DNA of 64,000 nucleotides from a virus. Position numbers and translations under genes: made by a program. The notes below the pieces were generated by a model, which was given only the letters and a program-made list of their open reading frames with translations, had not been told where the DNA came from and ran no database searches. Below are positions 47,488-56,514 of this stretch, one piece after another. Every line of letters begins with the position of its first letter. Positions within the stretch are counted from its first letter, which is position 1. The DNA is taken from IMG/VR virus record IMGVR_UViG_3300037424_000665, positions 41 to 64,040 of that record; one strand, given 5' to 3'.

Positions 47488-47912
47488 CCGATCTGCAAGC
47501 CCACGAAATCATCGATGACTGCATCAAAGCCCATTGGCCGGCCTGGGACTTCAAAGGGCGGGAGTTGGCTGTTTGGGTCGAAGAGCTTCGCAAGTTCGAC
47601 TTCCACGCCGCCCGGGACGGCATAGATGCGTGCTACCGCGATTGGGACGGTAAGCAGTATCCCCGCATGAAGAGCATCTTGCGCTATATCCGCACGAGGA
47701 CTAAGAGCCGAGTCCAGGCGTCAGGCATCCGCGAACATTACAAGATTTGTCGGGCGGATGGCCGTTTGCGATGGCGACCGTTCTGGGGATTGTCCAACCT
47801 GCCCCAGCAAGACATCGAGGAAGGCGCAATAGCGAAATTAGAGCGGGCCAATATCATCGAACCCGGTCATTATATCGTTTGGCCCAAGCGAGAAGCCAAT
47901 GTGCCGTTCTGA
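47484..47912 (+). CDS. Putative helicase loader/inhibitor-like protein
   Basis: Follows initiator with ATGA overlap; W.EEL..FDF. Confidence 0.45.
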   Translation: MTDLQAHEIIDDCIKAHWPAWDFKGRELAVWVEELRKFDFHAARDGIDACYRDWDGKQYPRMKSILRYIRTRTKSRVQASGIREHYKICRADGRLRWRPFWGLSNLPQQDIEEGAIAKLERANIIEPGHYIVWPKREANVPF

Positions 47913-48027
47913 GATTTGTAGCACGATGAAGCCAAACGCAACGACGCACGCACGCATGCGCGCGAGGGACCCAGGCGGACAAAATGAAATGACAATTTTG
48001 GGACACAGTAAAAAAGGCGGTGACAAT

Positions 48028-48870
48028 ATGAGCGACATCATCCGCGTCTTTGTGAGACGGACCAGTATGACGCCGACGGACGATCTGGTGGTCGTGGGTG
48101 AGCCGCCTCTGTTCAAATTGCCGGACCTGCCCATCCATGTCTCAGTTGTCTTCAGCTGGGACATCGACCGTGCAGATGAGTTGGCTACGGCGTGGGCGGC
48201 GGTCTATGGGATTGACCGAGTATCGCTCGGGGGGCCTGCCCTGAACAACGTGAGACAGACGGGCGATCCGGACGACCCTTTCGTCCCAGGCCGCTACCTC
48301 AAGGCCGGCGTGACGATCACTTCGCGCGGCTGCCCGAAAAGTTGTCCCTGGTGCCTGGTGAGGAAACGAGAAGGCAACTTGCGGGAAATCAACATCGCCC
48401 CCGGCTGGATCGTCCAGGACAACAATCTACTGGCGTGCTCACGCGGGCATGTGGAGCGAGTCTTCGATATGCTTCGGCAGCAGAAGCGAGGCATTAAATT
48501 CTCGGGCGGTCTGGACATCGACTATTTGCAAGACTGGCACGTCAAGCTGCTCAAGAGTATCAAGGTCGATGAGCTGTGGGTGGCCTGCGACGCTGAACAA
48601 GACTTGGCCCGGATCGACAAAGCAGTGGATATGCTTAGCGACTTCTCCGTCGAGAAGAAACGTTGCTACGTGATGATCGGTTTCGGCGGCGAGACACCGG
48701 ACGAAGCTGAGCGGAGATGTGAAGCGGTTTACGACAAAGGGTTTTTGCCATTCGCTCAATTCTACCGACCGTCCGGAGGTTGGCGCAAAGTGCCTGATGA
48801 ATGGCGATTCGTACAATGGAAGTGGAGCCGGCCGGCAGCGTACCGAGCCAGAAAGGAAGCGACAGCATGA
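48028..48870 (+). CDS. Radical SAM-like protein
   Basis: TSRGCPKSCPWC; DNNLLA; FSGGLD; YVMIGF. Confidence 0.8.
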   Translation: MSDIIRVFVRRTSMTPTDDLVVVGEPPLFKLPDLPIHVSVVFSWDIDRADELATAWAAVYGIDRVSLGGPALNNVRQTGDPDDPFVPGRYLKAGVTITSRGCPKSCPWCLVRKREGNLREINIAPGWIVQDNNLLACSRGHVERVFDMLRQQKRGIKFSGGLDIDYLQDWHVKLLKSIKVDELWVACDAEQDLARIDKAVDMLSDFSVEKKRCYVMIGFGGETPDEAERRCEAVYDKGFLPFAQFYRPSGGWRKVPDEWRFVQWKWSRPAAYRARKEATA

Positions 48871-49427
48871 GACTTTCATTTTTCGTTCCCGGCGACGCGA
48901 AGAGCAGCGGCAGCAAGCGTGGTTTTTTCAACAAGAAAACCAACCGCGTGAACTTCGCGCCGGACAACCCGAAGCAGAAGGACTGGCAGGCGGCGGTGAA
49001 ATGGTTTGCTGTGCAGGCGGCGAATCGCATGGTCCCGCTGACTGAGCCCGCGATACTGAGCTGCCGGTTTTACCGAGAGCGGCCGGCGGGGCATTACCGA
49101 ACCGTGGGCGGACGAAGGAGCCGACTGGTGCACCCTCGCTATGAGCAAGCCAAACCAGGCACAAAGCCCGACGAATTAAAGCTCTGCCGAGCCGTCGAGG
49201 ACGCAATGAGTAAGGTCATCTACGCCGATGATGCGCTCCTGTGCGACCACCACATCAGCAAAAGGTATTGTGACGCCGAGCATCCGACGCCCGGCGTTGA
49301 AATCACTATCGAAACGTATGACGAAAGGAAGGAAACTTATGGCAACAAAGACCAAAGAACAACCGGCCATCAAGACGACGCACGAAACCCGGACGCTCAA
49401 ATGCAAACTGACGGACGAGGAAATTAG
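48867..49427 (+). CDS. rusA: RusA-family Holliday junction resolvase
   Basis: FFVPGDAKS.GSK; KPDELKL.RAVEDAM..VIYADD; SKRY. Confidence 0.8.
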   Translation: MRLSFFVPGDAKSSGSKRGFFNKKTNRVNFAPDNPKQKDWQAAVKWFAVQAANRMVPLTEPAILSCRFYRERPAGHYRTVGGRRSRLVHPRYEQAKPGTKPDELKLCRAVEDAMSKVIYADDALLCDHHISKRYCDAEHPTPGVEITIETYDERKETYGNKDQRTTGHQDDARNPDAQMQTDGRGN

Positions 49428-49725
49428 GGAGGCCTCGGACTGTTTGGCGCGGACGCTCGATGAGTTCGAAATGCTCGAAGATGAGCAGCAGAAGATTAAG
49501 AGCGACTTCAAAGCGCAGATCGAGGCCAAAGAAGCGGCGACGCGCGTGCAGAAAAACCTCGTGCGTGACAAGTACGCCCATAGGCAGGTGCGGTGCACAA
49601 TGACGATGAACTACAGCACGCTCAAGGTCATCGTGGCGCGAGATGACACCGGCGAGATCATCACTGAGAGAGCCATGAACGAGGATGAGAAGCAATTGAA
49701 GATCGACTTCGACTCGGAGGAATAG
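49339..49725 (+). CDS. Conserved phage coiled-coil protein
   Basis: L.CKLTDEE; RAM.EDEKQL. Confidence 0.65.
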   Translation: MATKTKEQPAIKTTHETRTLKCKLTDEEIREASDCLARTLDEFEMLEDEQQKIKSDFKAQIEAKEAATRVQKNLVRDKYAHRQVRCTMTMNYSTLKVIVARDDTGEIITERAMNEDEKQLKIDFDSEE

Positions 49726-49730
49726 CATCT

Positions 49731-49967
49731 ATGCCCAAGATAAAAACAAATGTCACCAAGTGGCTGCCGGCTAAGGGCCAGTGGTTCAATGTGCACCTCA
49801 AGCGCAACAATCACCTGCATTCAGCGGGGCCGTTCAAGTGCGTTGATGTGGTGGTTTACGGCGACTACGTACAACAGATCGAAGCCGTGGACAGCGAGGG
49901 CGACCGCTGGCACTTTCCGCTGTCGGAGTTTCGATTCGAGCCGGCAGCAACGCAGAAAAAGACATGA
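49731..49967 (+). CDS. Hypothetical protein
   Basis: GGAGG RBS. Confidence 0.55.
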   Translation: MPKIKTNVTKWLPAKGQWFNVHLKRNNHLHSAGPFKCVDVVVYGDYVQQIEAVDSEGDRWHFPLSEFRFEPAATQKKT

Positions 49968-50008
49968 CTCGACTCGACAAGATAAGCCTTTTTTGAAAGG
50001 AGCACAAG

Positions 50009-50587
50009 ATGTATGAAATCAACGCAACGTACAAAGGTTTAGTACCGATGATGATGGACCGATTTGCCGACCCTTCCCAAACGGAGAGGCCGTCCAAGAA
50101 AAAGGCAAAAGGGCGCAATGAAGCGGAGATTCTCGCCAAACTGCACATGGACAAAAAAGGGGTTTTTGTTCCTTCCGACAATATCCGCATGATGCTAATT
50201 GGCAACAAGCATCGTCGCGGGGCAGCACAGATTTTAGGTTCAGACATGGAAGCGGCCAAAGGGACGAAATATCTATCGATTTGCAAGGGGTTGATTTGGG
50301 TTTTGGGGACCGACGACCCGATGAAAGTTTATATCGAGCCTCGTCGGAAAACGTATGACGACGTGGATGAGCGGTCGTTCCTCAACGCTACAGGCTCACG
50401 TTCTATGGCGTATCGGCCTATCATCAAGTTGCCTTGGTCGGTGTCTTTCATTATCCAGGTCACGGATGACAATATCGACCAGAGCTTCGTCCGGCAGTTG
50501 TTCGACGTGGCGGGCCTGCGGTGCGGAGTCTGCGCCTACGGCCCGACGTTTGGCCGGTGCATTATCTCGGAGTGGAAACAACGCTAA
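50009..50587 (+). CDS. Small RAMP/Cas7-like protein (candidate guide-RNA effector)
   Basis: N-terminal strand I.ATYKGLVPMMMDRF; YRPII.LPWSVSF.I; C-terminal Gly loop AGLRCGVCAYGPTFGRCII; directly followed by phased array. Confidence 0.55.
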   Translation: MYEINATYKGLVPMMMDRFADPSQTERPSKKKAKGRNEAEILAKLHMDKKGVFVPSDNIRMMLIGNKHRRGAAQILGSDMEAAKGTKYLSICKGLIWVLGTDDPMKVYIEPRRKTYDDVDERSFLNATGSRSMAYRPIIKLPWSVSFIIQVTDDNIDQSFVRQLFDVAGLRCGVCAYGPTFGRCIISEWKQR

Positions 50588-50589
50588 CA

Positions 50590-51345
50590 GAACGCCAAAG
50601 GAAGGGACGAGACTTGAGAAGAAGTGAGCAGAACTGAGCCGAGCAGAACGCCAAAGGACCCGATGGGACCGGACTTGATACGACCAGAACCGAACAGAAC
50701 ACTAAAAGATACGAAAGGACCCGAAGGAAACAGAAGCGACCAAAGAAGAATTGAACGCAAGAAGATCGGTGTTGAAGGGAGAAGAACCGAGACGAACCGA
50801 CCAGAGTAGAGCAGAACGCCAAAGGATGTGACCTGAGTGGAAAGAAATAGAGCACAGCAGAACAGAACGCTAACAGAGTGGACCCGAGACGATATGAGAC
50901 GATTCGAACAGAATCGAACGGAACGCCACTGGAGCGGACGAGATACGAGGCGATTCGAACAGAGCCGAACAGAGCCGAACAGAACACAAGGGGACGGGAC
51001 CAGAAAAGACCAGAACCGAACAGAACGCTATTTGATTTGAAGGGAAGTGACCCGAAAAGACAAGATGTGATGGGAATTGACTTGACCAGAGAAGAACACA
51101 AGGAGAAAAGAGAAGATCAGAGTTGAGTTGAGCGGGAAAGAATAGAGAAAAATAGAACGCAAGAGGAATCAAGAAGAGCCGATTGGAAAGGAGGGGAGTT
51201 GAGTTGACATGAGCAGAATAGAACGCGAATCACCAGAAGAACTGAGCAGAAGTGAGCAGAACTGAGTAGGAAAGAAGCGATCAGAACCGAACGCCAAGGG
51301 ATCGGAATAGAGCGGAAACAAAAAGACCAAAACAGAAAGGAACAC
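50590..51345 (+). repeat. Phased pentamer array: 13 units of GAACRC-HANNN-(GANNN)6-12
   Basis: 14 anchors; 109 of 120 internal pentamers begin GA, the other 11 differ by one base; 12 of 13 anchor spacings are 5n+1. Confidence 0.95.
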
Positions 51346-51348
51346 AAG

Positions 51349-51627
51349 ATGAACATGGAAATCACAGAAGCCAGAGCAGCACAATTTGACAAACTCGAAA
51401 ATCAGGCATGCGTATTGTTGCAGGAGTACCTTGAGGGCAAGCGGACGGGCGGGGACGATATTGTAACCGCCCGCTGCGTGCTCAATGTCATCCGGGGCAA
51501 CCGCCAGACGACTACAGCACGGGATGCCCTGAGATATGCGATGGTCAGCGACTTGGGCGACCCGAAGGTGCGTGAAAGATATGTGAAGGCGACCGAGCCT
51601 GAAATCAAAAAACTGCTCAAAGCATAG
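51349..51627 (+). CDS. Hypothetical protein directly after array
   Basis: RBS overlaps last array anchor. Confidence 0.7.
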   Translation: MNMEITEARAAQFDKLENQACVLLQEYLEGKRTGGDDIVTARCVLNVIRGNRQTTTARDALRYAMVSDLGDPKVRERYVKATEPEIKKLLKA

Positions 51628-51756
51628 GGCCGGGCCTATCCAAGAGACAGACCGACCGCTTAGTGCCGGCACAAGGCAAAGGCGGCCGTTAGCCGATGAA
51701 TAGGGTGTGGGCGAATGGCCCAAACAAACAATTTCAAACAGGAAGGAAAACCGAGC

Positions 51757-52047
51757 ATGGGCTGGCAAATTGGCGACAAAATCAGGTTTGCAGACGAGCG
51801 CGGGACATACATAGTCCGAGCAGCCAGTCCGCGTTATCTGGTCTGCACCAGGCCGTATAATTTCAAACGGACTGTATTCTATACGATTGTAGATTTAGTG
51901 GTCGAGATTCGTGGTACAGAGAATCTGATTTTCGGCTTGGGTGCTGAGACGGATCGCCAGTGCTGGGAAATGCTCGTTCGCATATTGACAGGCGAGAGCG
52001 AAATCTCGCACCGCAACAGAGTGCCATTACAGATACGAAAGGACTGA
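51757..52047 (+). CDS. Conserved hypothetical protein
   Basis: GDKIRF.DER..Y.VRA...RYLVCTRP; RG.ENL.FG.G. Confidence 0.65.
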   Translation: MGWQIGDKIRFADERGTYIVRAASPRYLVCTRPYNFKRTVFYTIVDLVVEIRGTENLIFGLGAETDRQCWEMLVRILTGESEISHRNRVPLQIRKD

Positions 52048-52049
52048 GC

Positions 52050-52241
52050 ATGGACTGGATTATTGAAAACTGGGATGAGATCGTTAAGGCCGTTGGTCTG
52101 ATTATTGCAGCGGCAAGCATCATCGTGAGACTAACGCCGACGCTCCGCGACGATTCGGCGCTGCTGCCTGTCATCAAATTCCTGGGCAAGTACATAGCCC
52201 TGGACAAATACGGGACCAACGAAGTCGAGAGGCCGAAATGA
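52050..52241 (+). CDS. Holin-like small membrane protein
   Basis: MDWIIENW; one TM; TPT.RDD. Confidence 0.6.
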   Translation: MDWIIENWDEIVKAVGLIIAAASIIVRLTPTLRDDSALLPVIKFLGKYIALDKYGTNEVERPK

Positions 52242-52948
52242 GCGATATAAAAGCAATCAAACCGTTGGGGCGCAAGGCTTACGGCAGCATAGGACACTTG
52301 CCGAACAGCCGCTTAGGTCCGGGCGATCACGCTGTCCCGGATGGCTGTGCTAAAATCTGTACGCAGAAGGTCCGCGATAAACACGATCTCATTGTCGTGC
52401 AGGAGAAGCTGGATGGTTCGTGTGTTGCGGTGGCTCTGCTTAATGGACGTTTGTATCCGTTGGGTCGTGCTGGATGGTCTGCGGAGTCCTCGCCTTACGA
52501 ACAGCATCAGCTCTTTGCGCAATGGGTTTGGTGCAACGAGGACAGGTTTCGTGCCGTTCTTCAAGAGGGGGAGCGCATCGTTGGCGAGTGGTTGGCGCAG
52601 GCACACGGGACTATCTACGATCTGAGCGTGAACGAACCGTTCGCGGCTTTCGATATCATGTGCGAGGATAAGCGGTTAAGCTACCACGTTTTTCAAGAGC
52701 GAATTGAGAGGCGCTTTTGCACGCCGACGCTGCTCCATGAAGGCGGTGCCATCTCCGTCCCAGAGGCCATGAAGTTGCACGAACAGTGGCACTGGCCTTG
52801 TGACCAAGTCGAGGGGATTGTTTATCGCGTCCACCGCAAGGGGCAAGTCGATTTTCTGGCCAAGTGGGTGCGGTTCGATAAGATTGACGGCAAATATCTT
52901 CCAGAGGTGAGCGGTAAAGACGCTGTTTGGAATTGGAGGCCGCGATGA
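52238..52948 (+). CDS. ATP-dependent RNA ligase family protein
   Basis: QEKLDGS (motif I KxDG), GEW, FDI, EGIVYR, K. Confidence 0.8.
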   Translation: MSDIKAIKPLGRKAYGSIGHLPNSRLGPGDHAVPDGCAKICTQKVRDKHDLIVVQEKLDGSCVAVALLNGRLYPLGRAGWSAESSPYEQHQLFAQWVWCNEDRFRAVLQEGERIVGEWLAQAHGTIYDLSVNEPFAAFDIMCEDKRLSYHVFQERIERRFCTPTLLHEGGAISVPEAMKLHEQWHWPCDQVEGIVYRVHRKGQVDFLAKWVRFDKIDGKYLPEVSGKDAVWNWRPR

Positions 52949-53277
52949 ACTTAGGTATCTGGGCGGCTGTCACGGCGTTGCTGGTCAAGCTCCTGAGCTT
53001 GTTCCGGGGCAAGGGCTACCGGGCCGATGTCACTATCAGGAGCGAAGAGGCCATCGAAGCCGACCGCGATAGGCTCGACGAATTATACACCAAGCTCAAG
53101 GAGAAACGCGATGAAGTCAAGACCAAAACCAAGCAGGATTGCAAGGCTCGCAAGAACAAGCTGTATCGCTATGCTGATGAGTCTATTCTGCCTGAGCTTC
53201 TACGGTTGCAACGCGAGTATCGAGACCTCCGACGGGACTTCGTCGCCGCAGGGGGACATCTCCCTCCAGGCTGGTGA
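52945..53277 (+). CDS. i-spanin-like protein
   Basis: N-terminal TM then charged coiled coil. Confidence 0.45.
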   Translation: MNLGIWAAVTALLVKLLSLFRGKGYRADVTIRSEEAIEADRDRLDELYTKLKEKRDEVKTKTKQDCKARKNKLYRYADESILPELLRLQREYRDLRRDFVAAGGHLPPGW

Positions 53278-53359
53278 AGCGTCGCCGATAGACGGGATGG
53301 TAGTTCCGTTCGAGCATTATCAACACATGCGAATCTGTGAGGCATTGTGCGATGACTGA
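53111..53359 (+). CDS. o-spanin-like lipoprotein overlapping i-spanin gene
   Basis: Basic n-region, hydrophobic h-region, lipobox-like FYG|C; out-of-frame overlap. Confidence 0.5.
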   Translation: MKSRPKPSRIARLARTSCIAMLMSLFCLSFYGCNASIETSDGTSSPQGDISLQAGEASPIDGMVVPFEHYQHMRICEALCDD

Positions 53360-53535
53360 GTTGAGAGGGCCGAGACATGACTGATGATTAACTGGCTCCG
53401 AGAATGCTGGGAGCGGGTGCCGAACGGCTGGAAGATGATTCAAGCTTTCCTCATCTTTGTCTTAGCGATAATCTATGTGGATTTTCGGTGGGGGCAAAGG
53501 AAAAACAGGAAACCCTAATTTTGAAAGGAACCAAG

Positions 53536-54078
53536 ATGAACACAAAATGGGTACAACTGATTGTGGCCTGTGCGCTGCTGCTGTGTGGCTCAGCGTTCGC
53601 GGGCGACGCAAACGAGCCGGTCATTCCGGCGGGACAGGGCCTGACGATCTGGGGCCTGACGGAAGGCGACTCAGACAGCACGCTCGAAGCGCGTATCGGA
53701 TGGGAACTTGAGAACAGCTTCGAGCCGGGTATCGGGGTCAAGTACTTTACGGGCGATCCTGAGTGGGGGCCTGAGCCTGATGCTGTCTCGGCCTATCTGG
53801 CCTACCACGTCCGCGAGATTGGTCTGATTACCGACGACACCCCGGACAACGCCTGGGAAGAGATTCTGCACAGCCTCAAGACGCGGCCCTATGCCTTGCT
53901 GGAAGTAGCTGTGCCAGTGGACGGGGAGCAGCGAAAGCCAAAGCTCAACTACGCTATCGGCACGCTGTTCGGGAACGACCCGTCGTTCGATACGGCTTTC
54001 GTGGTCGAGTGGATTGTGGGCGATCTGGCAGGTGAGTATGACCACGCCATCCGAATCGGCGGACGGTTCAGGTTTTGA
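53536..54078 (+). CDS. Secreted outer-membrane beta-barrel-like protein
   Basis: AAAGGA RBS; signal peptide ending AFA; alternating strands; C-terminal GGRFRF. Confidence 0.6.
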   Translation: MNTKWVQLIVACALLLCGSAFAGDANEPVIPAGQGLTIWGLTEGDSDSTLEARIGWELENSFEPGIGVKYFTGDPEWGPEPDAVSAYLAYHVREIGLITDDTPDNAWEEILHSLKTRPYALLEVAVPVDGEQRKPKLNYAIGTLFGNDPSFDTAFVVEWIVGDLAGEYDHAIRIGGRFRF

Positions 54079-54986
54079 GAAACAGATGAGTGAAGAAGAA
54101 CGTATCCGGCGCAAAATCCGTCGCCGCCTCAACAAATTGTGGCTGGACGGCTATCTGAGTTGCGGTCTGAACCGTCAGCTTAGCAACATCGAAGAGGCCA
54201 TGATGGAGATATGGCCGAAACGGAAACGGGCGCGGTCTTAGTTCAGGGCCGCGCCCGCATCTGCTTTCGGTGCAGGACAAAGGTGTGCTGATGGTCGAAT
54301 GTAAAATATGCGGCAAATGGCTACGGAGCAGAGGAAGGCACGCCAGAACACACCCTGGCTACAATAAGGCAGAGATTTGGTATGGCTTTCAAGACTGGCC
54401 TGCCAGAGATTCCAGTGCTCTCAACGACCGTATTGTACGCAGCTACATGGACAGAGGGCGAAGTCGGGAATTGGAAGAATCGGGGGCAACACTCGGCGAA
54501 TTCGATAGTGCGTGCAGATCAGCCGGGATTCATCTGACCGTGTTTTCTCTGTACTCGAACAGATTCCGGGGGCTTATTGCACAAACTCCTGGTATCGAAA
54601 AATTATTGCGTGACGTATAATTTGAAACCTATGGCGTCAGCTTACCTATGGACGGGCACGAGATTTGTGGCAACGTGGCACTACCGCGTCGATACCTACC
54701 GCCCGGACCCGGACATTGCCAAAGACCCGCAAGTGCTCGCTGAGCGCATGGCCTATGAGGAACGCAAGCATGATGGGTTGCCGGTGGAACGCGAGAGGGT
54801 TTGGTTTGGAGATAACTGAGCATGAGGACATCGAAAGCATATTTCAATCGCTTCAAGAAAGAGTTTGTGCGATGGCAGCAGTTGCTCGGGCTGACGCATC
54901 TGGCTCGGACAAAGCCGTTACATTGAAAGAAGCGACCTCGAAGAAGAGTGGGAGGCCATTGTGGTTCGCTTGGAAAAGGTATTGAA

Positions 54987-55355
54987 ATGATCGTGATCGT
55001 GGACGACATACGAGAGCGAGTGACAATCCTGGGATTCAGCTCCACGCAATTCCTGCAACTGTCGGCCATCATTCGGCTGGCGAGGATTCGCGGCAGTGCC
55101 CAGGTGCGGCGAGTGGCGGCGGAGTTGAACCTCTTCGTGCCGCGCATCTACGACGGCGAGACAGGAATGGCGGCGGTTATGCAGTTGACGTGGGAAGACG
55201 TGTTCGGCCTCAACTACGTGATGATGTGGCTGCTGGAACTGCTGCCGCAACCGCACGAGCGCCTTATCGCCGACGAGATTGTCGAGACCATCGACGCGGC
55301 GCTCGAGAGCGTGATTCACCTGGACCAGCTCCGGGATAGATACTTGCCGGGATAA
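54987..55355 (+). CDS. Hypothetical protein
   Basis: High-GC coding bias; AAGG RBS. Confidence 0.5.
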   Translation: MIVIVDDIRERVTILGFSSTQFLQLSAIIRLARIRGSAQVRRVAAELNLFVPRIYDGETGMAAVMQLTWEDVFGLNYVMMWLLELLPQPHERLIADEIVETIDAALESVIHLDQLRDRYLPG

Positions 55356-55361
55356 CTACGC

Positions 55362-55700
55362 ATGACGAAGTCCGAACTCGAGCGCATCAAGCGCCAGGCG
55401 CGCTGCGAGGGCGTCCGCGAGGGCCGGCGCCGCTCCCAGAAGCTCATCAACCAGCTCAGTGGGGCGATGGCGGAGGTCAGCGGTCTGCTCGGCGAGATCG
55501 ACTTCGAGTGGCCGCGCACCGGCGTCACCATCAGCTTTGCGACGGCGGACAGGATTATCGCGGCGCTGAAGCCCTCGGCGACGCAAAAGGCCCGGACGCG
55601 GCTGGCCGGTGAGCTGCGGCGCATGGTCATGGATTCGACCTGCGAGCTGGGCATGGACCTGGCCCGCGTCGAGAATGAGATGAGAGAGTTGATAGGGTAA
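55362..55700 (+). CDS. Hypothetical protein
   Basis: High-GC coding bias. Confidence 0.55.
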   Translation: MTKSELERIKRQARCEGVREGRRRSQKLINQLSGAMAEVSGLLGEIDFEWPRTGVTISFATADRIIAALKPSATQKARTRLAGELRRMVMDSTCELGMDLARVENEMRELIG

Positions 55701-55716
55701 AACGAAAGGATGAACA

Positions 55717-56391
55717 ATGGCAGTAAAAACGATAATTTTCAGGCGAGTTTACAATACATTTTTTTTAAGTTATTCTGCTAAACAACTCAATGGCAATATC
55801 GTCACTGGCTCAATCTGCAATAGCGGACAACCTCTACCCTTGCCCATGTTGCTGGAGTCTATCAACTATGATACCTCCCGTATTGTCTGGCCAAAAAATG
55901 AATCGGAAGCCGAAAGCGATTTTCAACTACTCCGGTCCGGGAAAGGTGATCATGGATATATAAATGGTCGATTGGCCAATTCGTTAGCCAGGGCGATTCA
56001 CAGCATTTTAGAATTCAATGTGTTTGCATCAACGCCGCCACCCCAAAACCCTATGGATATTCTGACGAATTTACCGGACGGTGTTCGCATAGACCTTCAA
56101 TTGATCGCCCCGACGGGCGTTGGGCCTTTCTCTTGCTCTGCGATTCAAGTAGTTGGTCCCTCTTTAGCCGATAAAGGCATCATGGCAATTTGTGACGAGC
56201 CCAACTGCAATATGTTCCCGCTGGAGCGGGTGGAGAACCATATCGACCATGCGGTGCAGTCTCTCTCGGGGATGAACCTGCCCGACGATTCCCAGGTCGA
56301 GTTGAAGAACTCCTGCCTGGCGGACCTCAAGGAACTCAGGGACGGCAACCTGCTGGCGCTGCGGAGGGCGATTGAGGCTGCCGCTGAGTAG
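55717..56391 (+). CDS. Hypothetical protein, AT-rich 5' part and GC-rich 3' part
   Basis: AAGGA RBS; composition shift near 56210. Confidence 0.5.
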   Translation: MAVKTIIFRRVYNTFFLSYSAKQLNGNIVTGSICNSGQPLPLPMLLESINYDTSRIVWPKNESEAESDFQLLRSGKGDHGYINGRLANSLARAIHSILEFNVFASTPPPQNPMDILTNLPDGVRIDLQLIAPTGVGPFSCSAIQVVGPSLADKGIMAICDEPNCNMFPLERVENHIDHAVQSLSGMNLPDDSQVELKNSCLADLKELRDGNLLALRRAIEAAAE

Positions 56392-56514
56392 GGTATAGCA
56401 AAAAAAGTGGCCCCCACGACTTCGCAGGAGCCACGATCTCGGTCGGGAGGGTATCAGAGGCTATCCATCCAAGATACATCTTCGCCTTTACAGATTGTAA
56501 CCGATTCAAAAAGC

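Noticed and set aside
50759-50773. Self-targets of decoded array units (unit 4 GAATCGGTTA vs repeat at 56493/57139; unit 10 GKESV vs gene 60491)
   Set aside because: Matches of about 10 nt are expected by chance given the number of comparisons; they do not extend.
50590-51345. CRISPR array, simple microsatellite, or RTEPN-repeat proteins
   Set aside because: There is no 25-45 bp direct repeat and no cas1/cas2. The variable positions are too diverse for slippage. ORFs in all frames are short and lack RBS, as expected of a 5-nt period.
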